The notes: generated by a model not told the origin, from the sequence alone. A stretch of 64,000 bases of DNA from an uncultured Spirochaetota bacterium (GCA_964518675.1 CAZFGQ010000008.1:2365-66364); one strand, 5' to 3'; shown: positions 38,565 to 49,791, counted from the stretch's first letter. A program made the numbers and translations.

Positions 38565-40943
38565 TTACCTGTATGAAGCTCCAGTTGGCAAAGCTCTTTT
38601 TGCAAATGCCTCACGTTTTTCCCTTGTATCGAGCTTCATCCTTATAAGTTCTCTTCGAACAGTACTTTCCTTTATATCATAACCTCCATACTCCTCGGAC
38701 TGAAGCAACTTTGTAATTCTGCTTACACCATATTCCGGATGTTCTCTTACTATCTGAACAATTGCCTTAACCTGTTCATGAGTAGCATGTGTAAGTTCGA
38801 TTTCTTCTTCCTCCTCTTTCCTCTCTATCTTAAGAGCATCATCACCATACTTTTCTCTTTTCTCCCGCAATTCGAGATATTCTTCATAACTAATTCCCGT
38901 CTTTTCAAGTGCCTCCTCAACCGGCATACCTTCCTCTATTAACTGGAAGAGAGTCAGTCTCTTGGAGTATTCAATCTCTGCAACGCTCATTTCAAGTTTT
39001 ATTACTATGAATGTAATATCATCGGTCTGAGGGTATCCCTTTGTAAACTCCGCTATCTCCTGGTTTAATCTGTTTTTAAAATCCGAAGCTGGAAGATGAT
39101 GGTACTTTTTTATAAACTCTATTAATCTTTTCTCACCGAACTGCTCTCTCTTTTCATTCATAGCCTCGGTGATTCCGTCCGTGTATAGAAACAAAAGATC
39201 ACCTTTCTTCAATTTTAATCTTTCACTGGTAATTCTCTTTCTGAACTCGTCCGGATCTCCAAGATCAATTCCAACAGCTATGCCACGGGGATTTAAAAAA
39301 CTTATAGATTTTGTGGAATCCCTGTACAGTATCATCGGATTATGGCCTGCACTTGCGTAATTTACCATTCTCTTCTTGTTGTCCAATATGACATAAAACA
39401 TGGTAACATACATTCCCTTTCTTATATCGCCCATTGCTGCCTGATTAACTTTTATCAGAACATCACTCGCTCTCTTATTCCCCCTTGCCTCCAGTCTCAT
39501 GGTGGTTCTTATCATCGTCATAACCATAGAACTACCAATCCCCTTACCCGAAACATCAGCTACAACAATACCTATTGAGTTCTCATCAACCTCAAAAAAG
39601 TCGTAGTAATCACCACCAACCTCAAGAGCGGCTCTGTATGATGCATCAATTTCAAACCCTTCCAGTCTTGGAACCTCCTTGGGCAAAAGGGCATTCTGTA
39701 TTTCCTGGGCCAGTTGAAGCTCTCGCCTTAATCTTGTTTGATCAGTTAACTGTCCCTGGGTAATTCTGAGGTTCCTCATAATTTCATTAAATGCCTGGCC
39801 TATCTTGCTTATTTCTGGATTTCTTATATCAAGCCTCAGTTCTCTTATCTGTCCCGACATACTCAATCTAGCTATTTCATCGGCAAGTTTTCTCAGTGGA
39901 ACTATGAATGTGGAGCCTATTACAAAAACACCGATAATCGTTGTTGACCAGAAGAATAAAGCGATAAATGCTACCTTTAATCTTTGTTTAACCAGATCTG
40001 TAACCTCTGCAAACTTATCTTCAGGTATTCCGATATGGACTTCACCGAGTTTAGTATCTTCAAATCTTATAACCGCAGAAAAATCATTGTAAACCCTTCC
40101 ACCACCTCCCCTGTAGTTAAATACCTTTGCCGTATCTTTCGCTGTAAGCGGTTTTACTCCCGGTGGATAGGTATATCTCGTATAAATCTTCTTCACATCA
40201 GTATGGGCAATTATCGTTCCATCATTTCTTGTAATAACAATATACTCAAGGGGTTCTTCATTCTGCTTAACACTGGCGGCAAGATTGATGAGGCCGAGAT
40301 CATCTCCCTCAAGGATCATGTCAGAAGCTGCAGATGCTATCTGTTCTGTTATCGAACGGTATCTATCTAAAAACTTGTCTCTGATAGCTTTAATCTGATA
40401 TCTGGAGCCTATATTATAAACAATTACTATAAGCGCTGTAATAAACGCAAATGCATACAGAGCATATCTCACCCTCATTGAGAACTTTGCCCTGACACCG
40501 GGTACAGCTCCTGTGATTGCTTCTGGCTCGAGATAAACCTTCATTGTCAGAACATTTGTATCTTCGATACGCTGGAACTGTACTTCATCTATTAGTTTTT
40601 TGATCAGCCATATTCCAAGTCCACCCTTTCTTCTTGTCTCGACGTATTTATAAAGGTCAGGTTCAACAACTGAACTCCAATCAAACTCAATCCCCCAGTC
40701 AATTATCTTAATTTCTACGTAATCTTCCCTCCTCGCCATCTCAATTCTAAAGTCGCCTTTTCTACCAGGGTAGGCATGTCTTATAATGTTTGAAACAGCT
40801 TCATCAACAGCCAGTTTAACCTCGCTGACCTGTTTCTCCGAGAGTCCCATTTTCCGGCCGTATTTAACAACAAAGTTTCTGACTTTTATTAAATTGGATG
40901 TTTCAGCAGCGAATTGTGTACTTTTTACCTTATTTGCTTTCAT
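38565..40943 (-). CDS. fused partner-switching kinase/phosphatase: N-terminal RsbW/SpoIIAB-like HATPase_c anti-sigma kinase + 2 TM + HAMP-like + PP2C (SpoIIE/RsbU) phosphatase + C-terminal wHTH-like module
   Basis: N-box EAVSNIIRHAY and G-box GGLGIWLIKKL. Two hydrophobic helices. PP2C motifs DASYRAALEVGGDYYDF and VADVSGKG. Confidence 0.75.
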   Translation of the reverse strand: MKANKVKSTQFAAETSNLIKVRNFVVKYGRKMGLSEKQVSEVKLAVDEAVSNIIRHAYPGRKGDFRIEMARREDYVEIKIIDWGIEFDWSSVVEPDLYKYVETRRKGGLGIWLIKKLIDEVQFQRIEDTNVLTMKVYLEPEAITGAVPGVRAKFSMRVRYALYAFAFITALIVIVYNIGSRYQIKAIRDKFLDRYRSITEQIASAASDMILEGDDLGLINLAASVKQNEEPLEYIVITRNDGTIIAHTDVKKIYTRYTYPPGVKPLTAKDTAKVFNYRGGGGRVYNDFSAVIRFEDTKLGEVHIGIPEDKFAEVTDLVKQRLKVAFIALFFWSTTIIGVFVIGSTFIVPLRKLADEIARLSMSGQIRELRLDIRNPEISKIGQAFNEIMRNLRITQGQLTDQTRLRRELQLAQEIQNALLPKEVPRLEGFEIDASYRAALEVGGDYYDFFEVDENSIGIVVADVSGKGIGSSMVMTMIRTTMRLEARGNKRASDVLIKVNQAAMGDIRKGMYVTMFYVILDNKKRMVNYASAGHNPMILYRDSTKSISFLNPRGIAVGIDLGDPDEFRKRITSERLKLKKGDLLFLYTDGITEAMNEKREQFGEKRLIEFIKKYHHLPASDFKNRLNQEIAEFTKGYPQTDDITFIVIKLEMSVAEIEYSKRLTLFQLIEEGMPVEEALEKTGISYEEYLELREKREKYGDDALKIERKEEEEEIELTHATHEQVKAIVQIVREHPEYGVSRITKLLQSEEYGGYDIKESTVRRELIRMKLDTREKREAFAKRALPTGASYR

Positions 40944-41221
40944 TTATATTCTTGACCTCCCTTTTTAAAACGGAGGCTTATTCCCAAAATTAAATATTTG
41001 TTATTCTTATATAATGCCTGATACTTATTATATCGTCAGATAAAAATATTCTCTATATTTTATAATATCTCTACTAACCCGGGATACCAAAAGGTAAAAA
41101 AATAACCAACCCAATCATATAGAATATACTATATAATTTTATTATATTGTGACTTTCCAATAATAACAAGCAAGATTTATCACGTTAAAGCATTCAAGCA
41201 ATAATTCAAAAGAGGTTAATA

Positions 41222-42940
41222 TTATTTTTGTTCACAAAACTCCTTTATTCTCAAAATATCATCGTAGATTTCGGGATTCATTTTGACATCTGTCCTTGTA
41301 AAACTCTCATCAATAATCTTTAGGGCTCTCCTGTACTGTCGAGACCTTGCATAGTAAAGAGCAAGATTAACATAAGCTTCGGGCATATAAGGAAACTCTG
41401 CTATAAGCCTCTTATATATATTTTCCTTCTCACCACCTCCCCCCGATTCTGCAAAAAGGACCATAAATCTATAGTAATCCTCGGTACTTTCGATCTTATC
41501 CCTGATTCTGTTTAGAAACTTTAAAGCGATCTCCCTATGGCCCCTTTTTAGATAAATCGTAGCAACCCTCATTATAGCCCTTACATATTCCCGAGTAGTA
41601 ACATTTCTGGAATAATCCTCCGAAAGGTATAAATCTATCGCACGATCCTGGTAACCATATTTTTCAAGCTCATTTATCACAATATTCCTATCTATTGAAG
41701 ACTTACTCTTCCTCAGAGCAGACATTAAATTTTCATAAGCCATTCCCTCTTTCCCTATACTGAAGTTCAGTTTTGCCTTTGCCAATTCATAATAAAATGA
41801 ATCTCCAAGCTTTTCTTTCATTTTTGAAATCAAATCCAAAGCATCCTGAACCCTTTTCTCTTTAATATAAAGGGATACAAGGTTATAAAAAGCATGCCCC
41901 TGTATTTTACCATCATGGAGGGCTTTACTATAATATTCAATGGCCCTATTATACCTTTTCTCTGCCAGATAAAAATCACCCACTACACCATTTGGCAGAC
42001 CTTCCTCGCGAGGGAAAAACCTTGCTAGATCATCCAGTGCGCGTGCAAACTTCCCTCTTTTAAACAGGGTATAGAGATATAATTCAATCATCGCGGGATC
42101 TCTTTCTTCACCACATAAATTAAACAATAACTCAGAAGCTCCATGAAGATTTCTATTCTCGATTTTAAGCAGAGCAAGATAATATTGAAGCTTTGAAACT
42201 TCAGGAAATATACCCATAGCCAGTTCAAAAGCTCTGATTTTATGGGCAATTGGCACTTCATTTATCCTGGCTCCAATATAAACTGCGCTTAGACCCCTTA
42301 TCACATCAGGTGCAGCTTCATTATTGAGAATACCTTCAAGCATCTCCAGGGCTTTATCTTCACAGCCCATTTTCATATAGCACATGGCCAGATTATACTG
42401 CACAAGTGGGTTATCATTGATCGCACTAAAAATCGAAGCTGCTGAGGAATATTTGGACTTAGAATAATAGAGGGATGCAAGAAGCATGGCGTTAATCGTG
42501 AATTTAGGCCATTTACGATATATATCCTCGCATATATTTATCGCTTTCTCCATATATCCCCTCTCAACATTTAAAACAGCGATATTATATGAGGAATAAT
42601 AATTGTTTTTATCGTATCTTAACGAGAGATTGTATAATTCTGAAGCCCGTTTATGGTGTCCCTGAAGTGCCTGAATATTGCCCATGTAGAGGTAGGCAGT
42701 GCTGAGGAGCTTTTTATTTTTCTCCTTCTCTACTATCCTTTCAAAAATCTCCTCGGCTCTTTTATAATTCCCCGTTCTGTAGTTGTTTATCGCTTCGATA
42801 AATACCCTAGAAGGATATCCAGGATAGATGCGTGAACCAAATTTATCTTCCCTGCCAGTTGTTATAAAAAGAATAATACCAGCTGCCAGTATAGCAACCG
42901 CACCAAATATCTCAAATATAACTTTTTTTTCCAATCTCAT
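41222..42940 (-). CDS. membrane-anchored TPR-repeat protein
   Basis: N-terminal TM helix followed by many TPR-like repeats (…YYLALLKIEN…, …AIEYYSKAL…). Confidence 0.65.
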   Translation of the reverse strand: MRLEKKVIFEIFGAVAILAAGIILFITTGREDKFGSRIYPGYPSRVFIEAINNYRTGNYKRAEEIFERIVEKEKNKKLLSTAYLYMGNIQALQGHHKRASELYNLSLRYDKNNYYSSYNIAVLNVERGYMEKAINICEDIYRKWPKFTINAMLLASLYYSKSKYSSAASIFSAINDNPLVQYNLAMCYMKMGCEDKALEMLEGILNNEAAPDVIRGLSAVYIGARINEVPIAHKIRAFELAMGIFPEVSKLQYYLALLKIENRNLHGASELLFNLCGEERDPAMIELYLYTLFKRGKFARALDDLARFFPREEGLPNGVVGDFYLAEKRYNRAIEYYSKALHDGKIQGHAFYNLVSLYIKEKRVQDALDLISKMKEKLGDSFYYELAKAKLNFSIGKEGMAYENLMSALRKSKSSIDRNIVINELEKYGYQDRAIDLYLSEDYSRNVTTREYVRAIMRVATIYLKRGHREIALKFLNRIRDKIESTEDYYRFMVLFAESGGGGEKENIYKRLIAEFPYMPEAYVNLALYYARSRQYRRALKIIDESFTRTDVKMNPEIYDDILRIKEFCEQK

Positions 42941-43055
42941 GGATATCGACTTTTAGTAATAAATAAAACAACCAGAAAATCGACAAAATATTCTATTTCC
43001 CAAAAATGCTTTTCTACTCTGCTTATTTTTTCCTTCACATTTCCTTCTGCCTTTC

Positions 43056-43490
43056 TCACTTACTTCTTTTTTCTCCACTCATTTTTTCTTCCTTCTTTCT
43101 CCTGATGGCATCCAGAACTCCATTTACAAACCTGTAGGAATCATCCGTTCCAAAAGCCTTGGCAATTTCCACAGCTTCATCTATGGCCACCGTATCTGGT
43201 ATGTCATCTCTATACAGGATTGAATAAGTCGAGAATCTGAGAATTGCCCTATCAATATATGAGAGTCGATTAAAATCCCAGTGTTCCAGTTGTTCTTTAA
43301 TTTTTGAATCAATCTCCTCAAGATTCTCCACAGTTCCACAGATTAACTCTTTGGCAAATTCTATTGTTTTTTCATTATACTTCACATCAGTCCAATTAAA
43401 TTTCAGTAATTCATCCAGAGGTCTCTTTCCGATATCGTACTGGTATAATGCCTGTAATGTTAGAACTCTGGCAGTTCTTCTAGAACCCAA
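43056..43490 (-). CDS. nusB: transcription antitermination factor NusB
   Basis: RRTARVLTLQALYQYDI signature, 144 aa. Confidence 0.9.
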   Translation of the reverse strand: MGSRRTARVLTLQALYQYDIGKRPLDELLKFNWTDVKYNEKTIEFAKELICGTVENLEEIDSKIKEQLEHWDFNRLSYIDRAILRFSTYSILYRDDIPDTVAIDEAVEIAKAFGTDDSYRFVNGVLDAIRRKKEEKMSGEKRSK

Positions 43491-43493
43491 TTC

Positions 43494-44480
43494 TCACTCC
43501 AGTTCTATCATGTAGGTTATTATTGTACTTTCTTTTTTATTTTTCAACCATTCATTAAATATCTTTACCCCTTTCTCCTTAATGATATAGCTCTTAATGC
43601 TTTCCCTGGCCTCCTCAAGACTTAGTATTTTCTCATCTCTTTTCTCATTTATCTTAAAAATATAGTAACCATCAGGAAGTCTTATTGGAGGAACAACGTC
43701 ACCTGCTGACAGAGCAAATATAGTCTGTACATTTTCCACTCCAAGAAAATTAACGAGCTGAGATCTGGTATAACTACCAATAGATCCGAGAGTTTCTTCT
43801 TTTCTGGGATCATCGGAATACTGTTTTACCAGCTCCTTAAAATCAGCACCTTCTTTTGCCAATTCATAAACATTCTCCGCTATTCTTTTCTTTTCTTTTG
43901 ATGTTTTGAAATCAGCATCGGGTGGAACTGATATAAAAACCTGTGAAAGAGATACAATGGCGTCCTTTTTAAATAAGTTTCTTCGTTTCGGATCTTTATA
44001 AAACTCCTCTATTTCAGCATCCGACACCCGGATACCTTTTTCCATTATCATCTGGCTTATTATCCTATTTTTGTAAAGTTGGATTCTATATTTTTTTTTC
44101 AATTCTTCAAGTGTCGTTCCTTCTTTTTTTAATTCCTCTCTGAAACTATTATCATCCAGATTATTCTGCCTTTTAATATCCTCAATTATTTTTTCTATTT
44201 CGGACTCTGTTACAACTATCCCCCTTCTTTCTGCCTCTTTCGCTATAAGTACTTCTTCAATGAGCTTATCCATCACCTGTTTTTTATCCGGAAGAGGGGC
44301 ACCCACAATGCCCGCATACCTTTTAAATGCTTCATATTCTTTTTCAAATTCATGGATGGTAATAATCTCATCATCTACCTTACATGCTATCCCATTAACT
44401 ATATCTGCGACTAAGTTACCATGAAAGATTACCACGAAACCCAGCAGTAAAAAGACAAAATACGATATTTTTCTCCTCAT
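43494..44480 (-). CDS. SurA/PrsA-family peptidyl-prolyl cis-trans isomerase (PpiC/parvulin domain), secreted
   Basis: Signal peptide, chaperone-like N-domain and a parvulin domain (…ILSLEEARESIKSYI…). Confidence 0.7.
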   Translation of the reverse strand: MRRKISYFVFLLLGFVVIFHGNLVADIVNGIACKVDDEIITIHEFEKEYEAFKRYAGIVGAPLPDKKQVMDKLIEEVLIAKEAERRGIVVTESEIEKIIEDIKRQNNLDDNSFREELKKEGTTLEELKKKYRIQLYKNRIISQMIMEKGIRVSDAEIEEFYKDPKRRNLFKKDAIVSLSQVFISVPPDADFKTSKEKKRIAENVYELAKEGADFKELVKQYSDDPRKEETLGSIGSYTRSQLVNFLGVENVQTIFALSAGDVVPPIRLPDGYYIFKINEKRDEKILSLEEARESIKSYIIKEKGVKIFNEWLKNKKESTIITYMIELE

Positions 44481-44510
44481 AGCTAAACATTACTCCTATA
44501 GATTATAATT

Positions 44511-45383
44511 TTATAAATTGTATTCAAGTTTACCTCTATTATAATTCAAAGATACAACTTCCGGGTAAGGAATCTTTTCCCCAAGGATCATACGAGCAAG
44601 TACTGCAAAGTTTTCTGAATAATCGGTAAGATAAATACTAAAGCTACTCCTCTCACCGTTCAACTTATATTTACCACTTATACTTTTTTCTATAGATAAT
44701 TTTTGGGATAATTTTTGTTTATCTTCAAGCATTTCCGCCGTCATTTTTGCAGTTGTTGAAGCCGAATCAATTACTTTAATCCCGGGTAAAAGCCTCTCAA
44801 TATCATTCATTATTAAAGGATAATGTGTACAACCAAGAACAAGAGTATCTATTTCCTTATCCATAAAATCTTTAAGATATTCCTCAAGCACAATACCCAC
44901 CACCCTATGACCCACCCACCCTTCCTCTATCAATGGCACCAGTAATGGAGTGGGTTTTTGAACTACATAAGCACCTGGCTCTATACTGTGAATTGTCTTC
45001 TCATATGCTCCACTTTTAATTGTTCTTGTCGTCCCAATCACACCAATTCTTTTCGTCTTACTGACCCTGCATGCATAAATCACCCCTGGTTCTATTACGC
45101 CAATTACAGGAATATCCAGCTCAGCTGAAATATTTTCCAGAGCAATTGAAGTTGCTGTATTGCAGGCAATAACAAGGAGTTTTATATTCTTCCTGACAAG
45201 GAAATCAGCAGCCGCCCTCGTAAAATCCAAAACTGCTCTGCTCGACTTAGATCCATAGGGAAGATGTAACAGATCACCAAGGTAGATTATTTTTTCATGA
45301 GGCAGAAGCTTCTTGATCTCAACAGCAACTGTTAGCCCGCCAACCCCAGAATCAAAAACTCCTATTGGCCTTGAATCATTCAT
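44511..45383 (-). CDS. murI: glutamate racemase
   Basis: IGVFDSGVGGLTV and active-site Cys motifs (LVIACNTA, LGCTHYP). Confidence 0.9.
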   Translation of the reverse strand: MNDSRPIGVFDSGVGGLTVAVEIKKLLPHEKIIYLGDLLHLPYGSKSSRAVLDFTRAAADFLVRKNIKLLVIACNTATSIALENISAELDIPVIGVIEPGVIYACRVSKTKRIGVIGTTRTIKSGAYEKTIHSIEPGAYVVQKPTPLLVPLIEEGWVGHRVVGIVLEEYLKDFMDKEIDTLVLGCTHYPLIMNDIERLLPGIKVIDSASTTAKMTAEMLEDKQKLSQKLSIEKSISGKYKLNGERSSFSIYLTDYSENFAVLARMILGEKIPYPEVVSLNYNRGKLEYNL

Positions 45384-45597
45384 ATATATTATTACTCCAA
45401 TCTAAAACCAGTTAAATTTATTGCGAGTCCATGATAACAAACATCTGGTAACAAAATAATACTTTAAATGAGAAACATCCATAGTCTTATGATTTGTAAG
45501 ACAATAGAGTTGACCTGTACTGAACTTTTTCCTTGACATATTAACAATTATTTATATTTTAACTGTTTACAAATGTTTAAATAAACGGAGAAAAAAG

Positions 45598-46758
45598 GTG
45601 AATAAAGCGAAGCATTTATTTACATCCGAATCGGTTTCTGAGGGACATCCCGATAAAATAGCTGACCAAATCTCAGATGCAATACTCGATGCCGTACTTG
45701 AACAGGATCCTTACGGAAGGGTTGCCTGTGAAACTCTTGTAACCACAGGTCTGGCATTTGTAGCGGGCGAAATGAGCACAAAAGCATATGTTGACATCCC
45801 AAAGGTAGTAAGGGGAATGATAAAGGCAATAGGATACACTGAACCGGAACTTGCATTTGACTGGGAAACATGTGCAGTTGTTACCAGTATTGATGAACAG
45901 TCTCCTGACATAGCCCAGGGTGTACTTGGAAAAGGCCTTCATAAAGAAAAAGGTGCAGGCGACCAGGGAATGATGTTTGGGTACGCTGTAAATCAAACAC
46001 CGGAGTTAATGCCACTTCCAATCATGCTTGCCCATAAATTGCTCCTGAGACTTTCTTCCCTGAGAAAAGAAGGAAAAATCCCATATCTCAAGCCCGATGG
46101 AAAATCTCAGGTAACAGTGGAGTATATAGATGGAAAACCGGTGAGGGTCGATACAGTTGTACTCTCAACACAACACTCACCTGAGGTTACCTATGAGGAA
46201 ATCTACAACGACATGGTGGAAAAAGTCATTAAGATGGTAATTCCACCAGAGTTTCTCGACGAAGAAAATATTACATACCACATAAATCCAACTGGAAGGT
46301 TTGTTATCGGAGGTCCACACGGAGATACTGGTTTGACAGGGCGTAAGATAATGGTTGATACGTATGGAGGTTTTGGAAGCCACGGCGGTGGATGTTTTTC
46401 CGGGAAAGATCCTACAAAGGTGGATAGAAGCGGAGCATACATGGCACGTTATGTTGCTAAAAATATAGTTGCATCAGGGCTTGCAGATGAATGCGAGCTT
46501 CAAGTAGCCTATGCAATTGGAGTCGCTAAACCCGTATCAATAATGGTCGATACACACGGCACCGGTCAGATAGATGACGAGGGAATTGTCGAAGCGATTA
46601 AAAAAGTTTTTGATTTTACCCCAGAGGGAATAATAGAAACCCTTGATCTTAGAAAACCAATTTACGTAAAAACTGCAGCTTACGGACACTTTGGAAGAGA
46701 AGATTTTACATGGGAAAAAACAGATAGAATAGAAGATATCAAAAAGGCCATTAAATAG
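45598..46758 (+). CDS. metK: S-adenosylmethionine synthetase
   Basis: [37 protein letters not shown] and [19 protein letters not shown] motifs. GTG start with a GGAG SD. Confidence 0.95.
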   Translation: MNKAKHLFTSESVSEGHPDKIADQISDAILDAVLEQDPYGRVACETLVTTGLAFVAGEMSTKAYVDIPKVVRGMIKAIGYTEPELAFDWETCAVVTSIDEQSPDIAQGVLGKGLHKEKGAGDQGMMFGYAVNQTPELMPLPIMLAHKLLLRLSSLRKEGKIPYLKPDGKSQVTVEYIDGKPVRVDTVVLSTQHSPEVTYEEIYNDMVEKVIKMVIPPEFLDEENITYHINPTGRFVIGGPHGDTGLTGRKIMVDTYGGFGSHGGGCFSGKDPTKVDRSGAYMARYVAKNIVASGLADECELQVAYAIGVAKPVSIMVDTHGTGQIDDEGIVEAIKKVFDFTPEGIIETLDLRKPIYVKTAAYGHFGREDFTWEKTDRIEDIKKAIK

Positions 46759-47167
46759 TTTTCACCTTTTCGGCCTCTGGCTCTCCGGATAATTTTTTTT
46801 CTGCTTCGTCAAAAGAGGTCATCTGGCAACTACCCTCAAAAACAACGCCATCTGCTATCTTGAGTTTTCTGGTTTTTATATTACCATACAGCTTACCGGT
46901 TGAAAGCATCTCAAGTCTCTCTTTGGCCTCCACATCGCCTCGAACCTCTCCAGCTATTATTATTGAGTTTGCCTTGATATTTGCTCTAACTTTTGCAGTT
47001 TCGCCGATGATCAAAAATCCATCCGAGATAATTTTGCCTCTAAAATTACCCTCTATCTTTAAGGAAGAGTGAAACCTGAGCGTACCATTGAAAGAAGTTG
47101 TGGGACTTAATACCGTAGCCACCTTTTCTGCTTCTTTAATATCTGCGTATTCATCCTTTTTTGCCAT
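46751..47167 (-). CDS. bactofilin (second paralogue)
   Basis: beta-helical repeats [31 protein letters not shown]... Confidence 0.75.
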   Translation of the reverse strand: MAKKDEYADIKEAEKVATVLSPTTSFNGTLRFHSSLKIEGNFRGKIISDGFLIIGETAKVRANIKANSIIIAGEVRGDVEAKERLEMLSTGKLYGNIKTRKLKIADGVVFEGSCQMTSFDEAEKKLSGEPEAEKVKTI

Positions 47168-47180
47168 AGCACACCCCTCT

Positions 47181-47402
47181 TTACTTTGTCGTCATTGTGA
47201 AAACTCCATCCCAATCGGGAGGTGGGGGATTTTTAGCCAATTCAACACACCTGGCTATATAAAGTTTGGAAGGTCCATCATTCGGCTCATACTCAAGGGC
47301 CTTTTTAAAAGCCTTTATTGCTTCTCGAAATTTCCTGCTTTTATACAATTTTAATCCTTCATTATAATATTCAAGCATCTTTTTTTTCGCCTCTGTAAGC
47401 AT
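47181..47402 (-). CDS. small single-TPR-like protein co-oriented with bactofilin
   Basis: 73 aa with the TPR-like helix pair YNEGLKLYKSRKFREAIKAFKKALEYEPND. It ends in a PPPPDW tail. Confidence 0.5.
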   Translation of the reverse strand: MLTEAKKKMLEYYNEGLKLYKSRKFREAIKAFKKALEYEPNDGPSKLYIARCVELAKNPPPPDWDGVFTMTTK

Positions 47403-47593
47403 TTTATCTTCCCTTTTTGGAACTTTTTTTGGAACTCATCGTAGAACTTAAAGTTGTAAACTTTATTTTTATAATGCTAAACTTTCTTTAGGTAAAAACC
47501 AACTTCACATTCAAAAATAAAAATCAATCTTTTAATACATTATATAATAACTCAATAATTATTTTTTTCATATACTAAATTAATAATAACATT

Positions 47594-49225
47594 TTATCCA
47601 ATCCTCAAGTCAACTATTTTTTTAAAAATGGCAAAAATTAACAAAAAAATTAAACCCAGAACAGCTATTTTTGGCAGGAAATCTCCATGTTTTGTATAAA
47701 AAGTTATTATCTCCCGTTCCATTACAGGAACATCGACTATAAGATAATCTGTTAAGAATGGCTCCAATACCTTCAAAACCCTACCCCATGGATCTATACC
47801 CGCTGTTATACCCCCGTTGGCAGAGCGTACAAGCGATCTCCTGTTTTCAATAGCCCTGAAAATTGAAATCCTAAAATGTTGCCATTCAGCTTCAGCACTA
47901 CCTGTCCAGGCATCATTCGTAACATTAACAAGTACCTGACTACCCCTCAAAACAAACCTTCGAGTAAGATCTCCAAAAACATCCTCAAAACATATCAAAG
48001 GACTTACATATATCCCATCCAGATCAAAAACGGTATATTCAAAACCAGGTGTAAATTCCTCAACTCCTGCTTTTCTCATTGATTTATCAACAAACGGAAA
48101 TAGTTTATCGTATGGGAACCATTCTCCAAATGGAACAAGATGGATCTTTCTATATTTTCCCCTGGGTATTCCGGCCTCATAAAAGATTACAACATTGTAA
48201 AAATTCCCGAAATAATTATCATCCACAACTTCTCCTTCGAACTCAAGAGTACCAAATATTACCGGCTTTCCTATTTTCTTAAAAAATCTATCAACCATCA
48301 TCGCATATCGATTTCTTTTCCTCAAATAGAAATCATATAAAAACGGAACACTTGATTCACTCCACACAACCAGCTCCGGGTCCTCTCTTAATGCTTCCTC
48401 TGTTAATCTAAACTCAAGAGAGAGATTCTTAACCACATCAGGATTCCACGGGTCAAAGTTTGGCTGCAGAAGACAAACCCTCAGGCTCCTAACAGAAGGA
48501 GAAGCCAACCCGATTTCACTTCCAGAGTTTTTAAGCACGATAAACCCATAAAATGCATTTACAGATACAAGAACAACAACGGTACATAAACCGAATATAA
48601 CCTCCAGCGAGATATTTTTCTGAATAATAAAGGAAAAAACGGCATGGGTAACCATCACATTTGCAAGGATAATCAGAAAATCAATCCCCCATACTCCAAA
48701 TATCGAGGCTGATTGTATCATAAAAAGGATATCATACTGCGAATAACCGGGAATACCCCAGGGGAATGCTAGAAACCCCCTAGATTTGAGATAATCTACA
48801 AATAACCACCAAGAGGAGATTCCAATCACAGAAGGCCAAAATACTCTTTGAAATCTTGCACGCCTTATTATATCAAGGATAACCCTTGCTCCAAAACCCG
48901 CCATTAAGAAAAAAATAGTTGTTGTAAGAATTCCACCTGGCAGTGCAGCTGGATGCTTGTAATTTCTCATCCAGAAAAGATAAAAAAAATAAAAAAGAAA
49001 CGAGGTTAATGTCAGAAAAATTAATATTCTTGAATATTTTTTTTCAGCGAATACGACAATTAAAATAGGTACATAGGAAAACCAGATAAAAAAGGAAAGA
49101 TACGAGAAAGTAAAACTTATGTAGAGTAATGAAGCCGAAAGGATAGCTAAAAAATAATTCAAGCCTTTTATTCTTTTTATCTTATTATGAGCTGGATTCA
49201 ATAAAGGGCTTAATTTCTCAGACAT
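47594..49225 (-). CDS. lnt: apolipoprotein N-acyltransferase
   Basis: An N-terminal multi-TM domain plus a C-terminal CN-hydrolase domain with E/K/C positions. Confidence 0.85.
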   Translation of the reverse strand: MSEKLSPLLNPAHNKIKRIKGLNYFLAILSASLLYISFTFSYLSFFIWFSYVPILIVVFAEKKYSRILIFLTLTSFLFYFFYLFWMRNYKHPAALPGGILTTTIFFLMAGFGARVILDIIRRARFQRVFWPSVIGISSWWLFVDYLKSRGFLAFPWGIPGYSQYDILFMIQSASIFGVWGIDFLIILANVMVTHAVFSFIIQKNISLEVIFGLCTVVVLVSVNAFYGFIVLKNSGSEIGLASPSVRSLRVCLLQPNFDPWNPDVVKNLSLEFRLTEEALREDPELVVWSESSVPFLYDFYLRKRNRYAMMVDRFFKKIGKPVIFGTLEFEGEVVDDNYFGNFYNVVIFYEAGIPRGKYRKIHLVPFGEWFPYDKLFPFVDKSMRKAGVEEFTPGFEYTVFDLDGIYVSPLICFEDVFGDLTRRFVLRGSQVLVNVTNDAWTGSAEAEWQHFRISIFRAIENRRSLVRSANGGITAGIDPWGRVLKVLEPFLTDYLIVDVPVMEREIITFYTKHGDFLPKIAVLGLIFLLIFAIFKKIVDLRIG

Positions 49226-49510
49226 TCAGTTTATCTTCATTTTAGAGATAGCTTTTAACTCCTTCCCTGGTCTAAAATAAGGAACCTTTCTTTTAGGAAC
49301 AATGACAGATTCACCTGTTTTTGGATTTCTTGCCTCTCTTTGTTCCCTCGTTTTCACCTCAAAAGTTCCAAATCCCCTTAACTCTATATGTTCATCGTTC
49401 TTAAGCCCTTCTTTAATAATCTCAAAGAAGGTGTCTATCACTCTTGCAATATCTTTTTTTGTAAGACCAAGCCTTTCATTAATTTCTTCTACGATTTCCG
49501 CCTTTGTCAA
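49226..49510 (-). CDS. hup: HU/IHF-family nucleoid-associated DNA-binding protein
   Basis: 94 aa, …RGFGTFEVKTREQREARNPKTGESVIVPKRKVPYFRPGKELK. Confidence 0.9.
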   Translation of the reverse strand: MTKAEIVEEINERLGLTKKDIARVIDTFFEIIKEGLKNDEHIELRGFGTFEVKTREQREARNPKTGESVIVPKRKVPYFRPGKELKAISKMKIN

Positions 49511-49791
49511 AACGCCCTCCTTTTATAATCCAGATTCAAAATAATCAAATATGTTTTCTTGCAGCCCTCAACAGCCACGAACAACAGGTAAATTAATCAA
49601 TAGTGTTTAATCGCAGGGAGGATTTTATAAACCTTTTCAGTGGCATTTATTAAGAATTATACATAAGAAAAATTATAGTGCAATATGAATTTTTAACAAT
49701 AATTACTTTTTTATAAAAAAAATAAAATCTAACTTATAGTTTTAACCACCCATTAAACCTCAGAGATAAAGGCACTACCGGTAGTTAATTA

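Noticed and set aside
45384-45597. A possible SAM riboswitch or T-box leader upstream of metK, and upstream of metG and asnS.
   Set aside because: No SAM-I, SAM-II or T-box consensus elements are visible. The metG and asnS leaders are under 35 nt. Only a TTGACA-like -35 and a T-rich -10 candidate are present, which is too weak to call.
47400-47440. Direct repeat tttttggaact x2 upstream of the TPR/bactofilin pair.
   Set aside because: Two short AT-rich units. No evidence of function.
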